Below, piece by piece: positions 27,775 to 32,000 of a stretch of DNA of 32,000 nucleotides (position 1 is the stretch's first letter; every line of letters starts with the position of its first letter). The position numbers were made by a program, and so were the translations under genes. The stretch comes from Methanopyrus kandleri AV19 (lineage in GTDB: Archaea; JAADCQ01; Methanopyri; Methanopyrales; Methanopyraceae). Location: assembly GCF_000007185.1 (NCBI RefSeq), contig NC_003551.1:1110001-1142000 (forward strand), in the 5' to 3' direction. The notes under the pieces were generated by a model. That model was not told the DNA's origin. It made no database searches and saw only the letters and a program-made list of their open reading frames with translations.

Positions 27775-28991
27775 ATGACGACAGGGGGTGGGATCATCGG
27801 TGGTCGACGGGCATCCCGTCGGGTTAAGAGGCCGTGGGATTGGTACGAGAGGGCTAACTTAACGACGTACGTTATCGTCGGCATGATGTTCGCGATCCTG
27901 ATCGCGTGTAACTGGCGGGAATTCGCGCCTCTCACCCCTATGGCCGTGGGATTCTTCCTCGCGGCATTGTGGATAGTCGGTACTAGGACACACCCGAATC
28001 CAGGAGATCTGAGGCGTCTTGACTTGCGTACGGTCTATTATCGCACGGCCTCAGCCTGTCACCCGGACTGGTACTGACCGCGCTCGCGGTACCCGTGATC
28101 GTGGTCATAACCGCCGCGATATCACTCCAACCGAAGGCTTCTCACGCCACGCTCGCTGCTACCGAGTTCCTTATACTAATCCTCGCCCTCAGCGCCGTGA
28201 ACTACGTCCTCTTACCGTTGTTGGGTTTCGGTGCCGTCTGGGTCTTCAGGGTGGGAAAGAGGCTCTACCTGGTCTCCCTCGGGTACTGCGAGGGTGAGAC
28301 GATCCTCGAGCCGGGTGTGGAGGTCGAACTCTCGGGGTTCCAGGTCCTCGCGGAGTTCCCCCTGGAGTCGGAGTACCACGGTCGATTGTGGATCAGGATC
28401 GGGTACTTCCCACCGGGGATCCACTGGGTCGAGTTACCCGAGCGCGGTTTCTTCTTCCTCCGAACCCGGGGCGTGTGTGCGCTGCGGGACCCGTACCTGC
28501 CCCGGGACGACGAGGGAGCCCTCGAGATGGCCCGCTTCCTGGAGAAACTCTCGATGGTGTACGCGGCCGTGTGCTTAGAGGAAGGGGGCCCGAACCCCGG
28601 GCGCGCGCGGAAGATCATGAAACACGTGAAGAACAACTCCAGGTGGGGAACGACGGTGAGGTACTTCGGGGTCAAGGTGCCGCTCGGGCGGTTCACCACC
28701 AGTCAGTCGACCACCGTAACGGTGGCCGTATTGGTGGCCCTCTCGCTGGTGTCGGCACTCGCGAGGGGTGAGCCGCTGGGGCCGATGGGCGCACCGATCC
28801 TCGTCCTTTCCTGGCTGTTGGCATGCGTGCTGCTGGCCCTACCGGTGGCCTGGCGCAACAGGAGGGCGGTCAAGACCGGACGCTGGTACCGGGTGATCTT
28901 CGAGCGCCACCGCGTGGAAGAGGCTATCGACAAGGCACGGGACTGGAACTGGTTCCCCGACCTCGAGAGGGTCGACCCACTAGAGGATTGA
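27775..28991 (+). CDS. SLGYCEGE / GYFPPG / FFFLRTRGVC family membrane protein, apparently split by a frame switch near 28020-28075
   Basis: 27775-28077 encodes a TM-containing N-terminal part. Frame 0 then reads LAYGLLSHGLSLSPGLVLTALAVPVIVVITAAISLQP into 28095-28991 (LYLVSLGYCEGETILEPGVEVELSGF...IRIGYFPPGIHWVELPERGFFFLRTRGVCALRD). Combined length of about 400 aa fits the 438/442-aa paralogues. Confidence 0.7.
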
Positions 28992-29023
28992 TCACGACCC
29001 GAGGCCCTCGTCTCGGCACAACT

Positions 29024-29054
29024 GGAGGGTCAAGACCCTGTTTGACCCCCTCCC
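29024..29054 (+). terminator. Candidate hairpin/terminator-like element after the 28991 stop
   Basis: GGAGGGTCAA-GACCCTGT-TTGACCCCCTCC inverted repeat followed by a pyrimidine tract. Confidence 0.35.
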
Positions 29055-29117
29055 TTCCCCCTCCGAAGCCCGAGGTCCCGCTTCGCAGACCCTTCGAGAG
29101 AGCCACAAACCAGCGGA

Positions 29118-29153
29118 GCCGGGGGCGCTCCACGCTACGGTGGAGGTGCCGGC
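29118..29153 (+). other. Candidate structured RNA / hairpin
   Basis: GCCGGGGGCGCTCCACGCTACGGTGGAGGTGCCGGC: inner stem CTCCAC/GTGGAG with 6-nt loop and outer stem GCCGG/CCGGC in a non-coding interval. Confidence 0.35.
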
Positions 29154-29195
29154 GCGTGGCCGCACACCAGTTGTTCGATTTGAATTCCCTTTGCG

Positions 29196-29788
29196 GTGAG
29201 TATGGAGGGGTTCCGCTTGGGTCGGGTGGTGCGAGGACTCCTCATGGCGGCGTACGTCGGCCTCTCACTCGCGATAACCTGGCCGTTCGCGTGGCGCTTC
29301 TTTCGGTGGTGCGCCCCCTACGCCCCGGCCGCGTACACGGTGTCCGAGCTGGTGATGATGGTCGGGACGTGCGGGATTCTGCGGTCCGCGATCCCCTTGG
29401 CGGCGGTGGGTTGGGGCGACGTACTCAACGTCGCGGTAGTGGCGATCTGCGCGTCTTACATCCCCTTCTGCGTGTGCTGGATCGTCTTCCGCGTCTACCT
29501 GCACTGCTGCGGGACTGCGCTCCCCGACGGCGGTTCTCTCATGACCGTCCTCGGCGCGGTCCTGCTCTCGACCACCTCGTTCCAGGTCCTGTGGAGGCCC
29601 GAAGGGCGCTGCGGAAGCTGCACGGTGAGGTGGACGTCGGCCGGGACGTGAGGCTGTTCCTCGCGGGCTTCGCCGCCATGATGGTCACCGCGACGCTCGC
29701 GGCCGTCTACACGGTCCTCCACGCGCCGCCGCAACGGGTGGCGGGTCTGGCCGGTTCCGATATCGTGTGCATCCTCCGTCCCCGCTGA
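29196..29788 (+). CDS. Multi-TM membrane protein with apparent frame switch near 29600
   Basis: MSMEGFRLGRVVRGLLMAAYVGLSLAITWPFAWRF... (frame 0), then GRDVRLFLAGFAAMMVTATLAAVYTVLHAPPQRVAGLAGSDIVCILRPR (frame 2) with a stop at 29788. Confidence 0.55.
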
Positions 29789-29875
29789 CGGATCCGCGGC
29801 CCCGAGCCCGCGCTCGGGTGGTACGGGCGGGCCTACCGGGCAGCCCTTACTACTCCTTTCCTTTCCGTATTCTAA

Positions 29876-31204
29876 TTGAAGCACCGGGTCCGCCGGTTCC
29901 CCGATCCCATGAGATCGAGGGTGACCGACGGCGGGGAAGCGGCGTTGCGCGGCCTAACGCGGTTCGCGGAGCGGAGACTTCGATGGTACAGGCGGGCCTA
30001 CTGGACGCTCTGCCCGGCCGTCGTCCTCTTCACGGGTTTGGGGTGGGAAGAGGCGGGGCTATTGCTGATGGGTTTCGCGGCCTTCGCGGGGGCGTTCTAC
30101 GGGATCTACCGGGAGGAAACTGAGGGAACGTTCCCCCGATCCGAGCACTCACGCCGGGTCGGTCGCACCCTGATGTGGTACCCCACCGCCTCGTTCGACC
30201 GCGTGCTGGGAGGCCTCACCCCGACTACCTTCCTGCCACTGTTTCCCGCCCTCCTCTACTTCATCACTTCGGTCGCCCGTCACCCCGACTTTCTCCACTC
30301 TCGAATCGCGGTAGCCCTCTTCTTCCTCGGCCCTCTGCCAGTCCTACTCTACCTGGTACGGTACGAGGTCGCTTCGGCCCTCGGTTGCGTCCGGGTCCTC
30401 CGCGTTCGCGGTTCCCGGGCCCTCCTCCTCTCCCTCGGGTACTGCGAGGCCGAGTTGGTTACGGATGGAAACGTGAAGGTTTCCGGGTTTCGTGAGCTCG
30501 GTTCTTACCCGGTCGAGTACGGGGGCTTACCCGGGGACCCGCCCGGGGACTTGAGGATCCGCGTTGGTTACTTCCCGCCGGGGAAGCACGAGGTCGAGGT
30601 CCGGGATTGTGACTTCCTCTTCCTCAGGACCCGGGGCGTGTGCATGCTCTACGACTCCCGTGGACTGCCGGAGGACCGGGAGGGGGCGTTCCACCTAGCC
30701 CGGTGGTGGGAGAAGTTCTCGATGGCGTACGCGGCCCTGTGCCTGAAGGAGGGCGGACCGCCGGATCCGGGTGAGGCCGAGGCCCTGGCCGCGGGAGCCG
30801 GTGACAACGCCCGCCGGGCCCTGACCGTGACCTACTTCGGGGTCAAGTTCCCGGTCGGGAAGCTGGTCGCGAGCGAGGAGGCCATGTTAGGGGTCGTCCT
30901 CGGGATGATCCCGATAGCGACCCTGGTGCGCGATCTCCTCCCGCCCGACCTGTCGCTGCTATCCGCACCGATCGCCGCACCGCTCGCCGGGGTACTCCTC
31001 GCGTTACCCATCGCCTGGCGCAACCGACGGGTGGTCAGGACCGGGCGGTGGTACCGTCTCCTACTCCGAGGGGATCATGTGGAGAAGCTGCTCCCCAGAC
31101 TGTTGGGGGAAGATTTGTGGTCCCGGCGGGGTGGGATGATCACGACCCTGTGGAAGGTGTTCGACGTCCTCGAGCGGGAGCGTCGACAACATCCACCGTA
31201 CTGA
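29876..31204 (+). CDS. Membrane protein, SLGYCEAEL / GYFPPG / FLFLRTRGVC family
   Basis: 442 aa: LLLSLGYCEAELVTDGNVKVSGFRELGSYPVEYGGLPGDPPGDLRIRVGYFPPGKHEVEVRDCDFLFLRTRGVCMLYDSRGLPEDREGAFHLARWWEKFSMAYAALCLKEGG. Confidence 0.9.
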   Translation: MKHRVRRFPDPMRSRVTDGGEAALRGLTRFAERRLRWYRRAYWTLCPAVVLFTGLGWEEAGLLLMGFAAFAGAFYGIYREETEGTFPRSEHSRRVGRTLMWYPTASFDRVLGGLTPTTFLPLFPALLYFITSVARHPDFLHSRIAVALFFLGPLPVLLYLVRYEVASALGCVRVLRVRGSRALLLSLGYCEAELVTDGNVKVSGFRELGSYPVEYGGLPGDPPGDLRIRVGYFPPGKHEVEVRDCDFLFLRTRGVCMLYDSRGLPEDREGAFHLARWWEKFSMAYAALCLKEGGPPDPGEAEALAAGAGDNARRALTVTYFGVKFPVGKLVASEEAMLGVVLGMIPIATLVRDLLPPDLSLLSAPIAAPLAGVLLALPIAWRNRRVVRTGRWYRLLLRGDHVEKLLPRLLGEDLWSRRGGMITTLWKVFDVLERERRQHPPY

Positions 31205-31639
31205 CCTACACCTGGTGGTACTCAGAACCACGTCCCGAGTCGTTCCGATTTCTAGCCCATGGAGTCGACGTCACGGGGGAGGAGTAACGCAAGGGAGATC
31301 CGACGTGTTTTTCCGAAACGAAAAGTCTTAAATTCCGTCGAGTAGATGCCTACTGGGAGGGGGTCGGGACGTTCCGGTCCGCCGTCCGGTTCGTCCTGGT
31401 GCCCCTCTTCGTCCCGGCTCCGGCGTGGGACGGCACTGGACCCGGGTGCAAACGATCCCGCGGAAGCCGTCGCGGACGATGATCCGGCCGCCGAGGTCGT
31501 GGGTGGTATCACGCCGTCGCCTCGCTGGCGACCGGGTACGCGATGCAGGTGGCCCTCGAGAAGTCGCCGAACCCCACCATGGCCGTACTGGCGTCTGGGA
31601 TCAGCGCTCTAAGCCTGGTCGGGGCCTCCATAGCTCGCG

Positions 31640-32000
31640 ATGCGCACCTCCACCCCCGACGACCGGAAACTGAGGGACTGCACCGCCGAGGTCGGGGTGC
31701 TGAGCGTTCTGGGTAGGATCGTGGTGAGTCACCGCCTCCTCGAGTCCCTCGGGTCCGACGACCGGGATTACCTACGTTACCTACGATGTGCGCTGATATC
31801 CGATCTCGTGGCGTGCGTTAGCCTCCTGGGTGTGCTCGAGATCTACGCTTTCTCTCTCACCGTGAGTCCGGCGGCCATCCCGGTGGCCATCCCCGCGATC
31901 CTCCTCCTGGCCGGCATGACGTACCTGTTGAAGACCTTGCTGGAGTCCTCCCCGCTCGCCGGCGTGGTGGACAGGATAACGTATCACATGTGTATCCTGT
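31640..32000 (+). CDS. Membrane protein of unknown function, runs off the window
   Basis: ATG at 31640: MRTSTPDDRKLRDCTAEVGVLSVLGRIVVSHRLLESLGSDDRDYLRYLRCALISDLVACVSLLGVLEIYAFSLTVSPAAIPVAIPAILLLAGMTYLLKTLLESSPLAGVV..., open to the window end. Confidence 0.55.
   Translation, partial: MRTSTPDDRKLRDCTAEVGVLSVLGRIVVSHRLLESLGSDDRDYLRYLRCALISDLVACVSLLGVLEIYAFSLTVSPAAIPVAIPAILLLAGMTYLLKTLLESSPLAGVVDRITYHMCIL

Noticed and set aside
28823-29788. 321-aa plus-strand ORF
   Set aside because: Mostly a low-complexity shadow of the 28095-28991 gene and intergenic GC-rich DNA; only the last segment, from about 29640, looks coding as the C-terminus of the 29196 gene.
1-32000. tRNA and rRNA genes
   Set aside because: No convincing T-loop (GGTTCRA) plus acceptor pairing or rRNA core sequences were noticed by eye; a tRNAscan/Infernal run would be decisive.
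1-32000. IS elements or transposase genes
   Set aside because: No transposase-like protein or paired terminal inverted repeats were noticed; the inverted duplication 14645-15670 / 25050-26080 has no such flanks visible by eye.

Overview
High-GC, archaeal-looking window. The AT-rich promoters, GTG/TTG starts, gene families and CRISPR repeat are consistent with a hyperthermophilic methanogen such as Methanopyrus; that assignment is inference, not tested. Main contents: (1) a 12-repeat CRISPR array at 1465-2521 with 36-bp hairpin repeats, unusually long spacers (49-72 nt), no cas genes in the window and an AT-rich leader candidate on its right side; (2) a pair of overlapping giant predicted surface-protein genes (1635 and 1853 aa, 15914-26363) built of tandem beta-rich modules; (3) an inverted, nonsense-riddled partial duplicate of the second giant gene's C-terminal region (about 14645-15670), which switches to a different C-terminal tail at the homology boundary; (4) a dispersed paralogous membrane-protein family marked by SLGYCE(A/G)E...RIR(V/I)GYFPPG...FFLRTRGVC, with three recognisable members, a remnant and two more distant overlapping genes; (5) an MNT nucleotidyltransferase divergently paired with a frame-disrupted HEPN gene; (6) an MFS transporter and many lineage-specific membrane ORFs, several with apparent frame switches (real decay or indel errors). 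I see no complete, clearly new defence system. The strongest candidates for follow-up are the giant surface-protein locus with its alternative-tail decayed copy and the long-spacer array.
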